Below, one piece after another: positions 18,030 through 26,452 of a stretch of DNA of 64,000 bases. Within the stretch, counting starts at the first letter, position 1, and the number at the start of each line of letters is the position of its first letter. The notes beneath the pieces were generated by a model. The model was not told where the DNA came from and did no database searches. It saw nothing but the letters and a program-made list of their open reading frames with translations. Made by a program: the position numbers and the translations under genes. The DNA comes from Bacillota bacterium (GTDB lineage: Bacteria > Bacillota > Sulfobacillia > JAJYWN01 > JAJZPE01), in assembly GCA_021787335.1 (NCBI GenBank), contig JAJYMC010000049.1, positions 14,053 through 78,052 of the forward strand, written 5' to 3'.

Positions 18030-18856
18030 TCAAGCCGGCAATCGGCCCATTCGCCATCGACCTGCCAGAGCAGTCCGCGCTGCCTCTGCGCCAGCAGCGA
18101 TGGCACGTTCCACATACTCCCGGCCCATGGGCGAGGGATCATCCAGGGCTGGGCGGATCACCAGGTCGGCGTCAGCCGCGAGGGCAGTGTCGCTCATCTC
18201 GTTGACCATGAGACCCGTTACCTCCTCCAGAACCGCCAGAGGGGTACGGGGCGGCGTTCCATGGCTCCGCGGTTTTCTGACATCAACCGCTATCACGAAG
18301 TCGGCGCCCATCTTTCGGACGATGTGCGCCGGCACGTTATCAAGAACGCCCCCGTCCACAAGGATGTGGCCCCCAACCTCCTCCGGTTCAAACACACCAG
18401 GGACCGCGCTACTGGCCCTGACCGATGTGGCAACCCCGACCCCCGTCAGGAACTGGCACTTCCCGTCGCAATCCCGTACGCGCTCGGCGACGGCTCGGCT
18501 GGTGAGGATGACTTTCCGGCCAGTCGTAAGGTCCGTGGCCACGGCGGCATAGGGGATGCGAAGCTCATCCACCGTGGCGTTCTTCGTCCAGGCGCCCGCA
18601 TCGCTCGCAAGGCCCAGCGAAGGACGCCCCAGAATCCAAGCGCGCCCTCGTACAGGTCCACCGTCGATAAGTCGAGGGCCACACGTTCCATCGCCTCGGC
18701 CGTCCAGCCCGTTGCCCAAAGGGCACCGATCAGGCTGCCGATACTGGTTCCGGAGATTACTTCCACCGGAATGCGCTCCTGCTCAAAGACCTTCAATACG
18801 CCGATGTGCGCCAGACCTCTCCAACCGCCGCCCCCCAGGGCCAACCCGGTCGACAT
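18030..18856 (-). pseudogene. Patatin-like phospholipase, disrupted by a frameshift (N-part frame 18446-18856, C-part frame 18030-18719)
   Basis: N-terminal [19 protein letters not shown] and [11 protein letters not shown] motifs in one frame; C-terminal [10 protein letters not shown]...SAVPGVF...VDGGVLDNVP (DGG catalytic motif) in another. Junction is near 18600-18650. Confidence 0.55.
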
Positions 18857-18874
18857 AGTCCTCCCCCCTTGGGC

Positions 18875-19474
18875 TTAAGCTCGTGGCTTCAGGATTCCCC
18901 CCAGGAAAACATCGGTGACGGCGCGGTGCGCCCGTGAAAACTGGGGCTTCGGTGAGTCCAGGACGACCTGCAGAGTGACGTGACTGATCAAGCCGAACAA
19001 GGCAGGGGCCGCCATTTCCACGTCGATGTCCGGTCTCAGGGCTCCGGCCGTCTGGCCGGCCTGGATGGCCTCTTCCAGGATGGAGAGATAAGACTTCCGG
19101 ATCTTCTGCAGGTCCTCATGCTGTCTGGCTTCCAGCCACCAGATTTCGGACATGAGCACCTTGTAGAAATCGGGGTGGTCGATGAACAGGCGGACTTGCG
19201 TGGCAATAATAGTATCAAGTCTTCTTATGGGATCTGACTCACCGACGGCTGCTTCCCGGATCGCCTCGTTTAGAAAATCCACGCCGCTCTTCATCAGCAT
19301 GAGGAAGAGGTCATCCTTGCCTTTGAAATGATAGTAGATTGTGCCCTTGGCGACTCCGGCGCGATCGACGATTTCATCAACGGAGGTATTCGCAAAACCC
19401 TTTTCCGCGAACAACTCCAAGGCTACCTGGAAGATTCTTGTCTTCTTGTCCTCACCGCTGAACAAGTCTCTCAC
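18875..19474 (-). CDS. TetR/AcrR-family transcriptional regulator
   Basis: N-terminal HTH FAEKGFANTSVDEIVDRAGVAKGTIYYHF; about 200 aa. Confidence 0.85.
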   Translation of the reverse strand: MRDLFSGEDKKTRIFQVALELFAEKGFANTSVDEIVDRAGVAKGTIYYHFKGKDDLFLMLMKSGVDFLNEAIREAAVGESDPIRRLDTIIATQVRLFIDHPDFYKVLMSEIWWLEARQHEDLQKIRKSYLSILEEAIQAGQTAGALRPDIDVEMAAPALFGLISHVTLQVVLDSPKPQFSRAHRAVTDVFLGGILKPRA

Positions 19475-19569
19475 CTCAATTGCATCTTAAGTTCCGCGGT
19501 AGGTAGATTAGACAAACCCGGCAGGGATTTCCTCCCTGCCGGGCCTCTGGACGCCGGGTCGCCGTGGAA

Positions 19570-19734
19570 TCAGGCCTTACGAGATGTCGTCCCGATGAAC
19601 GCAAGAATGCCGACCGCAAGCCCAACGATGATGTCGTTCCACAGGGCTCCGGCCGACGTTTTGCTGTACCCGATAAGGAACGGAGCGACGATTAACCAGA
19701 GACCCAGAAGCACGTTCAACCAGTTCGTCCACAT
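19570..19734 (-). CDS. Small membrane protein (54 aa; SPW-repeat-like: MWTNWLNVLLGLWLIVAPFLIGYS...LWNDIIVGLAVGILAF)
   Basis: Own translation of the reverse strand. ATG preceded by AAAGGAG RBS at 9-nt spacing. Two hydrophobic helices. Below the 60-aa track threshold. First gene of an apparent operon with the TetR and patatin genes. Confidence 0.45.
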   Translation of the reverse strand: MWTNWLNVLLGLWLIVAPFLIGYSKTSAGALWNDIIVGLAVGILAFIGTTSRKA

Positions 19735-19801
19735 GATGACATGCTCCTTTCCAAACTTCTTCAGTTTCCTTCAATCCGGCGCCCCGAGGAAGAGCTGTTA
19801 G

Positions 19802-19815
19802 ACTGACCGGTCAGT
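19802..19815. promoter_or_regulatory. Perfect 14-bp palindrome ACTGACCGGTCAGT (candidate TetR operator) upstream of the small-protein/TetR/patatin operon
   Basis: Read directly; located about 70 nt upstream of the operon's first start codon. Confidence 0.45.
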
Positions 19816-19852
19816 TTAGTTAGAGGTTACCATATTCCCCTGTTCGTGTCAA

Positions 19853-19931
19853 GAGTGCCTACCCGCCCATGTGCCTACCCGCCCAGTGCCTACCCGCCCA
19901 GTGCCTACCCGCCCATGTGCCTACCCGCCCC
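19853..19931. repeat. 15-bp tandem repeat, 5 copies (GTGCCTACCCGCCCA with 0/1-nt spacers)
   Basis: gtgcctacccgccca t gtgcctacccgccca gtgcctacccgccca gtgcctacccgccca t gtgcctacccgcccc. Abuts a TTGACA-like -35 on the minus strand. Confidence 0.9.
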
Positions 19932-19958
19932 AATCGGCGTTCCCGGTCTCTTCTTTGT

Positions 19959-20852
19959 TCAATCGACGAAATAGGCCACCCCGACCAATCCCGGGCCCGT
20001 ATGTGCGCCCATCGCCGGGGTGAAGTCGGTGAGATAGCTTTCGACCGGCGTCAGCTTGTCTCGCACGAGCGCCAGGAGTTGCCTGGCCCGCCCCGCCGCC
20101 CCGGCGTGCATGACCGCCACGTGTAACCTGGCGGAACGACCGGATTGCTGAGTTGCCCCACGCTCATCGGTGATTCGGCGGAGCATGACATCAAAGGCGT
20201 GGTCGATGCTCAGGGCCACCCCGGCGGGAACGGCCTCGCCCTCAACGAGTTCGACCATTGGCTTCAGCCGGAGGGCCGCCGCCGCCATTCCGGCCAGTTT
20301 GGGCACATGGCCGCCACGGATCAAATACTCCAGGGTGTCGACGACGACCAACAACCGGGCGCGTTCCGCCACGTGGCATGAGCGTAACAGGACCTGGTCC
20401 CAGGTTGCCCCGGCCCGAACCGCCCGGGCTACCTCAGCGACCACAAGTCCAGCTGCGGCCGCCGCAACCCGGGTGTCGACGACCTGCACCGGCGGGCGGG
20501 CGGCCCCGGGAGGAGCGTCCTCGCTGAAGATTCTCGCCGCCTGCAGGGCGCTGTTGAACGTTCCGCTGAGCTCCTTGCTGAGGGTCAGGCAGAGAATTCG
20601 GTCGACGGCGGGGGCCATTCTGGAGAAAACCTCGATGAAGGCGCCGGGTGCCGGCTGTGACGTCCTCGGCACGCTCTTGGCCGTGGCCATCTTCTCGTAG
20701 AACTCATCGGGAGCAAGGTCCACTCCGTCACGATAGCTGCGACCATCAATCTCAAGGTCAAGGGGAACAACCTCGACCTTGAGTTCTCGCCGCACTTCAT
20801 CAGGTATCACGCAGGAGCTGTCAGCGACCAAGCCGATGCGGTCTGCGCTCAT
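19959..20852 (-). CDS. DegV-family fatty-acid-binding protein
   Basis: DegV signature. Start is the second ATG (MSADRIGLVADSSCVIP), preceded by GGTGAGGAGG RBS. Confidence 0.8.
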   Translation of the reverse strand: MSADRIGLVADSSCVIPDEVRRELKVEVVPLDLEIDGRSYRDGVDLAPDEFYEKMATAKSVPRTSQPAPGAFIEVFSRMAPAVDRILCLTLSKELSGTFNSALQAARIFSEDAPPGAARPPVQVVDTRVAAAAAGLVVAEVARAVRAGATWDQVLLRSCHVAERARLLVVVDTLEYLIRGGHVPKLAGMAAAALRLKPMVELVEGEAVPAGVALSIDHAFDVMLRRITDERGATQQSGRSARLHVAVMHAGAAGRARQLLALVRDKLTPVESYLTDFTPAMGAHTGPGLVGVAYFVD

Positions 20853-20901
20853 GGATTCTTCCTCCTCACCAGAGTTCACGTTGCCCCATGCTGGGTGTCA
20901 G

Positions 20902-21858
20902 TCATAGAGAGGGCGCCGTGAGAACCCCGGAGGCCGCCAGAAGCCCGGAGCAGCCGGCGAGCATGACGTCCCCGTAAGGGGCGGCCTGATAGTAGCCGGC
21001 TCCATCCGCGATCCGGCGATTGGGGCCGATCAGGGCGACGAAGCGGAAGCCCCCATCGGCCCGGTAGTCGGGGTGATAGAAGCAGCCGTGCCCGCCGCGG
21101 GCATAGACGCGCTCGTGGGAAAGGCGTCCCTCGCGGAATTCCACGACGTAGGCCGCAAGTTCGTCGGCGGTGAGCGAGGCGGTATGCTCCTCGAAGAGTC
21201 CCCACATGCGCTCGCCTCGGATCAGGGCGCCGAAGGTGTGGCCGTTGCCCACGTTGAGGACGATGACACCCTCGTCGGCCCGTTCAGCGACCCGCGGGTC
21301 GAGAAGGGCCCCCAGGATGGCCGCGGGTCCCGTGTCCATCAGCAGGGCCCCGGGGGCGTGCTCACGAACGGCCAGCATTCGGGTAAAGTACGGGGGAACG
21401 TCGTTCGAGTAGGCCAACTCGCGCAGGTCTCCGCCGCCTTCGATGAAGCCTCGCCAATGCCGGCCGCGGGTATCGCGGTTGCTGACCCCGATGCTTTGGC
21501 CGTGGTCATGCACGGCCACGGCGACCCGCCGGGGAAGGGGCACCCCATAGAGATCGAGGGCGCTCGAGAGGCGCTCGACATCGAGATCCTGGCAGACGAT
21601 GACCTCCGCGTCGCGCGGGGGGTCTTCGGTGAGGACGACCCCCAATCCCTGGACGACCCTGAGGTCATCGTGAACCGTCAGGGCGGCCGGCGGCGTGGCA
21701 TAGACCCGGAAGCCGGCGCGAAGATGCTCCTTCAAGGCGGCCGTCAACGGCCAGCCGCCCATGAGGCCGCCGCTGAGGAAGATGTCTCGGCCGCGCCTGG
21801 TCGCCTCCCGCGCCCGTTCGGCCGCCATGGCGACGGGGGAGGGCAGGATAAGCTGCAC
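20902..21858 (-). CDS. DUF1786-like ASKHA-superfamily protein; the true start is probably upstream of the annotated GTG
   Basis: Conserved-looking N-terminal phosphate-1 motif (TVDIGAGTQD) lies in-frame upstream of the first ATG/GTG/TTG. Only CTG/ATT candidates follow the GGGAGGGA RBS near 21945. C-terminal GGxGxx-type adenosine motif present. Confidence 0.55.
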   Translation of the reverse strand: MQLILPSPVAMAAERAREATRRGRDIFLSGGLMGGWPLTAALKEHLRAGFRVYATPPAALTVHDDLRVVQGLGVVLTEDPPRDAEVIVCQDLDVERLSSALDLYGVPLPRRVAVAVHDHGQSIGVSNRDTRGRHWRGFIEGGGDLRELAYSNDVPPYFTRMLAVREHAPGALLMDTGPAAILGALLDPRVAERADEGVIVLNVGNGHTFGALIRGERMWGLFEEHTASLTADELAAYVVEFREGRLSHERVYARGGHGCFYHPDYRADGGFRFVALIGPNRRIADGAGYYQAAPYGDVMLAGCSGLLAASGVLTAPSL

Positions 21859-21979
21859 GTTGTTCTCCGGGGGGCGTTTCGGGTCATAGATATAGATGTC
21901 CTGGGTCCCGGCTCCGATGTCGACCGTGAGGATCTGCCTGCCGTCTCTCTCCAGGTTAATTCCCTCCCTGTCTGAGGAG

Positions 21980-22008
21980 TTGACTTTCGGCCTTCTTAAC
22001 TATATTAT
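21980..22008 (+). promoter_or_regulatory. Promoter (TTGACT - 17 - TATTAT) for the ArsR-family regulator gene at 22047
   Basis: Read directly from the AT-rich divergent intergenic region. Confidence 0.5.
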
Positions 22009-22046
22009 AATAATATGATTTAAGCAAGATGGGAGTTGAAGGTCCC

Positions 22047-22427
22047 ATGAAGCGTTTCGTCAAGGTCTTCAGAGCTCTGGGAGAACCCACCCGCCAACGG
22101 ATGATCAAGCTTCTGAGTTCCCGGGACCTCTACGTTTGCGAACTGGCGGAGGTCCTTGACATGAAACAATCGCGGGTGTCCCAGCACCTCAGAATCCTGA
22201 AAGAGGCTGGTGTCGTCCGGGAGGGGAGGGAAGGCACCTGGACAAGGTATTCTCTTGATCGGGCCCTCCTCAAAGAAGCCTGGGGAGACTACCTATCTTT
22301 CCTCCAAAGTCCGCTCGAGACGTTGGAGGGCTTCGGTCCCGAAGCCGCTCGCCTGAAGACGCTGCAACTCGGCCCAACCCTTGCGGTCTGCAAGGTGAAG
22401 CCAGGAGCAAAAAAGGGAAGGGGATAA
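22047..22427 (+). CDS. ArsR/SmtB-family transcriptional regulator
   Basis: HTH segment LGEPTRQRMIKLLSSRDLYVCELAEVLDMKQSRVSQHLRILKEAG. Confidence 0.75.
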   Translation: MKRFVKVFRALGEPTRQRMIKLLSSRDLYVCELAEVLDMKQSRVSQHLRILKEAGVVREGREGTWTRYSLDRALLKEAWGDYLSFLQSPLETLEGFGPEAARLKTLQLGPTLAVCKVKPGAKKGRG

Positions 22428-22431
22428 GAGA

Positions 22432-22782
22432 ATGGATCTTGAACAGCTTCTCACCAAGATGGCGGAAGAGTTGGGCGAGGAGCCCAAGCCCATGAAACTT
22501 CTCAGCCAGATCGCCCCAGACGCCGTCTTTGAGCACGCCGCCAACAAAAACTTCGTTTTCGCCAAGGACGCGATCCCCGCCAAGTACAAGCTTCTCACAA
22601 GCATCGCCATTTCGGCCGCGCTCGGGTCCGAGACCTGCACCACCACCTATGTCAAGTCGGCGCTGCGAAAGGGCATCACCCGAGCCGAGATCGCCGAGGC
22701 CATTCTCCTGGCCCGTTTTGTCAAGGCAACGACTGTCGTGGCTGCTTCCGTGCCGGCCATGGAGCTATTGACCGAGCGGTAA
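22432..22782 (+). CDS. Carboxymuconolactone decarboxylase (AhpD-like) family protein
   Basis: 116-aa all-helical protein with CMD-family core (LLTSIAISAALGSETCTTTYVKSALRKG). Confidence 0.65.
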   Translation: MDLEQLLTKMAEELGEEPKPMKLLSQIAPDAVFEHAANKNFVFAKDAIPAKYKLLTSIAISAALGSETCTTTYVKSALRKGITRAEIAEAILLARFVKATTVVAASVPAMELLTER

Positions 22783-23383
22783 GGCGGCCGGATTGCCCGC
22801 CCATGGGTGCCCCCGCGCACCGGCGGCATCGACCCATGATACCCTGCTCTGCAAGAGGAGGCCCGCCGACCGTTTCGGCGGGCCTCCTGTAGATGGCGTT
22901 CGCTAACTCGGCGGCCTGCTCTCCGCAACCCATTGGCTTGGGGAAATCCAGCGGCGAAATGGGCGGTCTTTCCACTTTCAGGACACCCTTTGGCTCGACG
23001 CCGTGAAGCAACGTGTTGGTGACGGTCCCCCACTTGACGCTGAGCTCATGCAGTTGGCGTAGCTTGTCCTCGGGTTCAGGGCTCTCCAGGGTCAAGACGT
23101 ACGAGAGTTCAACGATGCCAGGCGGGTCGTCAAAGCGCACGGCGTCAATGACGATCCGGATGTCGTCGACGTGGAGACGCATCTTCTCAGAGAGACTCGT
23201 GAGGTTGGTCATCAAACAAGCGCCGAGAGCAGCCATCAGTGTCTCGGCGGCGTTGAAGCCGAAGCGCGCCTCACCTTTCTTCGTGCTCAGGATGAGGCTG
23301 TGTTCCCTCGCTTTGGCCTCGCCTTGGAAGTCTCCGTGGCGGTTGATGGTCACCCTGTACCTTTGAACTGAGTTTTCGCTCAT
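22721..23383 (-). CDS. OsmC/Ohr-family peroxiredoxin-like protein; the ORF lacks a stop at the expected position and reads on through a hairpin
   Basis: OsmC core (AAETLMAALGACLMTNL...WGTVTNTLLHGVEPKGVLKVE). Start ATG 23383 (MSENSVQRYRV). The expected C-terminus is near 22980, but the ORF runs to 22721 across the 22855-22888 hairpin and into the convergent gene. Confidence 0.6.
   Translation of the reverse strand: MSENSVQRYRVTINRHGDFQGEAKAREHSLILSTKKGEARFGFNAAETLMAALGACLMTNLTSLSEKMRLHVDDIRIVIDAVRFDDPPGIVELSYVLTLESPEPEDKLRQLHELSVKWGTVTNTLLHGVEPKGVLKVERPPISPLDFPKPMGCGEQAAELANAIYRRPAETVGGPPLAEQGIMGRCRRCAGAPMGGQSGRLTARSIAPWPARKQPRQSLP
22855..22888. terminator. Perfect 14-bp-stem hairpin between convergent genes (aggaggcccgccga-ccgtt-tcggcgggcctcct)
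   Basis: Read directly; no U-tract. Confidence 0.4.
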
Positions 23384-23476
23384 GACCCAATCGGCCCCCT
23401 TTGAGCCGGATTTCTGGTTGTCCAGAAGACTGCCGGCCGGTGGGAGGCCTGCAGGCCCCAAACGGGTGGAAGCACC

Positions 23477-23803
23477 CTAGGCTTGCAACTGTTGCACACG
23501 GATGGTCGCGAGCTCTTGCTTCACGGTGACCAGGACCTTCTGCTTGCGCATGAATTGGCGCAGGCCTTCCACGGACGGGAAGCTTATCGCGTCGAACAGG
23601 CAGGTATTGGCACAGGTGATGCATCCGACCATGCAGGCCTGGGGTTGACTGACCACTGCCTTCTTGAGCCCGAAATCGAACCCGTAGACCTTCTTGCCGC
23701 AGCTGGTGAAGCAGACCCCGCAACCGGTGCACTTCTCGACGTCGATTACTGGATGCCATTCAATGTTTTCTCTGGGAATGCTATGCCATGCGGGGAGAGT
23801 CAT
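23477..23803 (-). CDS. 4Fe-4S dicluster ferredoxin-like protein
   Basis: Two cluster motifs: CTGCGVCFTSC and CMVGCITCANTC. Confidence 0.75.
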   Translation of the reverse strand: MTLPAWHSIPRENIEWHPVIDVEKCTGCGVCFTSCGKKVYGFDFGLKKAVVSQPQACMVGCITCANTCLFDAISFPSVEGLRQFMRKQKVLVTVKQELATIRVQQLQA

Positions 23804-23949
23804 TTTACTTTTCCTCCTGTGTTAGTTGTTGGGCGCTAAAATCAATATATAACTATATACGAATATAGTCAAGACTTAATTGCGGGCGAACCTAACTCTG
23901 GGCAACCGGGCCGGACGAGAACGATCATCAGTATTGGAGGTGAAGGGAC

Positions 23950-24666
23950 ATGAGACTCGTCGTTTTCTCTGATGTTCACGGCAACCTTCCGGCTTTGCGG
24001 GCAGTGCTGGACGACATGAGGCACGAGAGACCCGAATGGGTGGTCTGTGCGGGCGATCTGGTCGGGTACGGCCCGTTTCCGAACGAGGTCATCGAGCTGA
24101 TCCGGGAGGAACGCATCCTGACGGTGACGGGGAATTACGATGACGGCGTTGGCCACGACCGCCCTGACTGCGGGTGCGCTTATCGAACGGAGCGAGCCAG
24201 GGAGAACGGACAGAAGTCGCTCGAATGGACCAAAGCACACACGACGCCCGAGAACAAGGCCTTCCTGAAATCCTTGCCGTTGTCGACCAGCCTATCGTTT
24301 GAAGGCCGGAGGGTTCTTGTCGTCCACGGGAGCCCCCGCCGGATGAATGAGTACCTCTACGAGGACAGGCCCGAGGCGACCATCAAGAGAATCCTGGACG
24401 CCGCCGAGGCCGATGTCCTCATCGTGGGGCACACCCACATTCCGTACCATCGGGTGTTTGGCAATAAGCACCTGGTGAACGTGGGGAGCGTCGGCAAGCC
24501 AAAGCACGGGCGGCCTACAGCGGTGTACGCAGTCCTCAGCCTGGCCGACCGGGTGTCGGTGAGTTTCAATGAGGTGCCGTACGATGTCGAAGCCGCCGCC
24601 CGGGCGGTCGAGGCGGCCGGGCTCCCGGGCGATTTCGCGGACGCTCTCCGGAGCGGCCAGGATTAA
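23950..24666 (+). CDS. Calcineurin-like metallophosphoesterase (YfcE-like)
   Basis: MRLVVFSDVHGN...GDLVGYGP...GNYD...VVHGSP...GHTHIP metallophosphatase motifs. Confidence 0.8.
   Translation: MRLVVFSDVHGNLPALRAVLDDMRHERPEWVVCAGDLVGYGPFPNEVIELIREERILTVTGNYDDGVGHDRPDCGCAYRTERARENGQKSLEWTKAHTTPENKAFLKSLPLSTSLSFEGRRVLVVHGSPRRMNEYLYEDRPEATIKRILDAAEADVLIVGHTHIPYHRVFGNKHLVNVGSVGKPKHGRPTAVYAVLSLADRVSVSFNEVPYDVEAAARAVEAAGLPGDFADALRSGQD
24232..24299 (+). repeat. 68-bp segment of the phosphoesterase gene that is duplicated at 28943-29010
   Basis: aagtcgctcgaatggaccaaagcacacacgacgcc[c/t]gagaacaaggccttcctgaaatcc[t/a]tgccgtt; 2 mismatches. Confidence 0.9.
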
Positions 24667-24709
24667 GTCGCCTTCCCTCGACTCTTTGCGGCAGGGGGGT
24701 CAATTTGGC

Positions 24710-24738
24710 TTGACACAACCTAAGCCATAGGCATAATA
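24710..24738 (+). promoter_or_regulatory. Promoter (TTGACA - 16/17 - CATAAT) for the arsD-like gene cluster
   Basis: Read directly in the AT-rich intergenic region 24667-24793. Confidence 0.5.
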
Positions 24739-24793
24739 TGATGCATAGGCGTATAGCGATTGACGGATATGCTGGACGGATGGCGATGAACCC

Positions 24794-25195
24794 TTGGGGG
24801 CAGTGGGGGAGGTGGCCGAATCGAACGGCAAGGCCATTGAGATCCAGGTCTTTGATTCCGGAATGAAGGGTAATCTCTCGCCGTGTGACGCTCGGCAATC
24901 ACCTGAGGAGAGGACGCGGGCAGTCGCCCGTGCCTTGGCCCGTAAGCACGGGGACAAGGTACGGGTCGCGTTCATCGACCTGTTCTCCGAAAGGGGGCAG
25001 CGGATGGCCGGCGTATGGGAGGAGATCACCCGGCGAAATCTCAGCCTTCCCGTGGTCACGATGGACGGCCGGGTGGTGATGGCGGGCGAGCTGTCCTACG
25101 CCAAGCTCGGCCGGGAGGTGGAGCGGTGGCTGGGGGACGCCCATGGTGCCGTGCTGGGGACAGAGAGAAATCGCGGAAAGGGGGATGCGCAGTGA
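24794..25195 (+). CDS. ArsD-family thioredoxin-fold paralog 1 (single conserved Cys; start uncertain)
   Basis: Core IEIQVFDSG...SPCDARQ...AVARALARKHGD...NLSLPVVTMDGRVVMAGELSYAKL parallels ArsD. The tracked ORF begins with TTG 24794. Confidence 0.5.
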   Translation: MGAVGEVAESNGKAIEIQVFDSGMKGNLSPCDARQSPEERTRAVARALARKHGDKVRVAFIDLFSERGQRMAGVWEEITRRNLSLPVVTMDGRVVMAGELSYAKLGREVERWLGDAHGAVLGTERNRGKGDAQ

Positions 25196-25539
25196 GTCAA
25201 CAGCCCGTCGTCATTCGGGTCTTCGACGCGCCTGGCAAACCCTGCGGGTGAGGATCGAAAGGAGTGACCGCTGGATGCGGTCCAACGATTCAGGACCAGA
25301 CGTCGGCCATCGCCAGGGCGTTGGCGCAGAAGTACGGTGACAACGTGACGGTCGAATATGTCAACCTCGTGTCTCCCCGGGGGGCGAGCTTTCGCGACGC
25401 CTGGGGGGTCATCATGGCTCACAATCTCGCGCTGCCAGTGGTGACGGTCAACAATCGGGTAAGGCTATCCGGCGTCCTTTCCCTCGCCGAACTGGACCGG
25501 GAAGCCGGAAGCCTGCTGAGTCACGGAGGTGCGCAATGA
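25192..25539 (+). CDS. ArsD-family paralog 2 with in-frame TGA at 25249-25251 (candidate selenocysteine protein): VSQQPVVIRVFDAPGKPCG-U-GSKGVTAGCGPTIQDQ...
   Basis: GTG 25192 with AAAGGGGGA RBS overlaps the previous stop (GTGA). The ORF continues in the same frame across a single TGA into the tracked ORF 25264..25539. The UGA lies beside a Cys and upstream of GCGPT, aligning with ArsD's C12-C13/C18 region (MCCPGGLCGPT). Hairpin gaccgc-tggat-gcggtc begins 14 nt after the UGA. Confidence 0.45.
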
Positions 25540-25877
25540 ACGGGGATTCGGCCGCGGCGACGTCGGTGGAAGTCGACCTCTACGACCCACCAATGTGCTG
25601 CCCAGGCGGGCTGTGCGGTCCCACCGTCGACCCGGAACTGCTGAAGATCCACGAGGCTCTCCTGGCGGTCGAAAGAGAGTTCGGCGACCGGGTGGTCGTT
25701 CATCGTCACGTCCTGAGCCAGACGCCCGCCAAGTTCATGGCCAACCCGGACATAGTTGCCATCCTGACATCCGACGGTGTTGACGCCCTGCCGGTGACCG
25801 TGGTGAACGGCAGGATCATCAAGAAGGGTGTTTACCCCAGTCTTGACGAGATCCGGCAAGCGATTGTCTCAGGTTGA
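25536..25877 (+). CDS. arsD: ArsD arsenical metallochaperone/repressor
   Basis: LYDPPMCCPGGLCGPTVDPELL matches the ArsD FDPAMCCSTGVCG Cys triad and fold. Confidence 0.8.
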   Translation: MNGDSAAATSVEVDLYDPPMCCPGGLCGPTVDPELLKIHEALLAVEREFGDRVVVHRHVLSQTPAKFMANPDIVAILTSDGVDALPVTVVNGRIIKKGVYPSLDEIRQAIVSG

Positions 25878-25957
25878 CCGCGGCAAGGCCGCCGGCTAAC
25901 CATTAAGCCCGCAGTTCATTCTGATCGACGTCCGGGTCGTCTATTCGCTGGTAAACG

Positions 25958-26381
25958 GGCCGCCGGGTGGAGGGATATCCTCACCAGCGTTCCCGGGGTG
26001 GGAATGGTGACCGCGGCCGGTTTTCTTGGGGAGATCGGGGATCCCACCGCCTTCTCAGACTGGCGGCAAGTGCAGAAGCTGGCGGAGTTGAACCTGGTCG
26101 AGCAGGGTTCCGGGGAGAAACGGTGGCAGCGTACCATTTCGAAGCGTGGCCGGCCCGGCCTCAGGGCCCTGCTGTATCAGGCGGCGCTGGCCGCCGTCGC
26201 CAAGGATCCGGTGTTCGGCTCATTGTACCGCTACTTCTTAGGTCGAGCCCAGAACCCGTTGCAGAAGAAGCAAGCCCTGATAGCCGTAGCTCTGAAGCTC
26301 TTACGGGTGATGCTCCGGCTCGTCCAGAGCCGCCAGTTCTACGATCCGGTAGGCCGAGGGCGAAGGCTTGGGGACACCTAA
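25958..26381 (+). pseudogene. IS110-family transposase remnant (C-terminal transposase_20 region only)
   Basis: ILTSVPGVGMVTAAGFLGEIGDPTAFSDWRQVQKLAELNLVEQGSG...ISKRGRPGLRALLYQAALAAV matches the IS110 C-terminal domain. The N-terminal DEDD domain is absent. Confidence 0.65.
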
Positions 26382-26452
26382 GACGCAAACCTGCAAGAGA
26401 ATGAGATTCAACGTCTCTAAGCTCAAAAACATGTAGACAGGAGGAACCGCTC

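Noticed and set aside
18261-18878. 205-aa + strand ORF and 191-aa ORF (17977-18552)
   Set aside because: Antisense to the patatin-like gene, whose motifs are clear.
25015-25251. 78-aa ORF upstream of the TGA
   Set aside because: Not a gene as a whole. Its 5' two-thirds overlaps ArsD-paralog 1 in another frame. Only its last 20 codons (from GTG 25192) are real and belong to the TGA-containing paralog 2.
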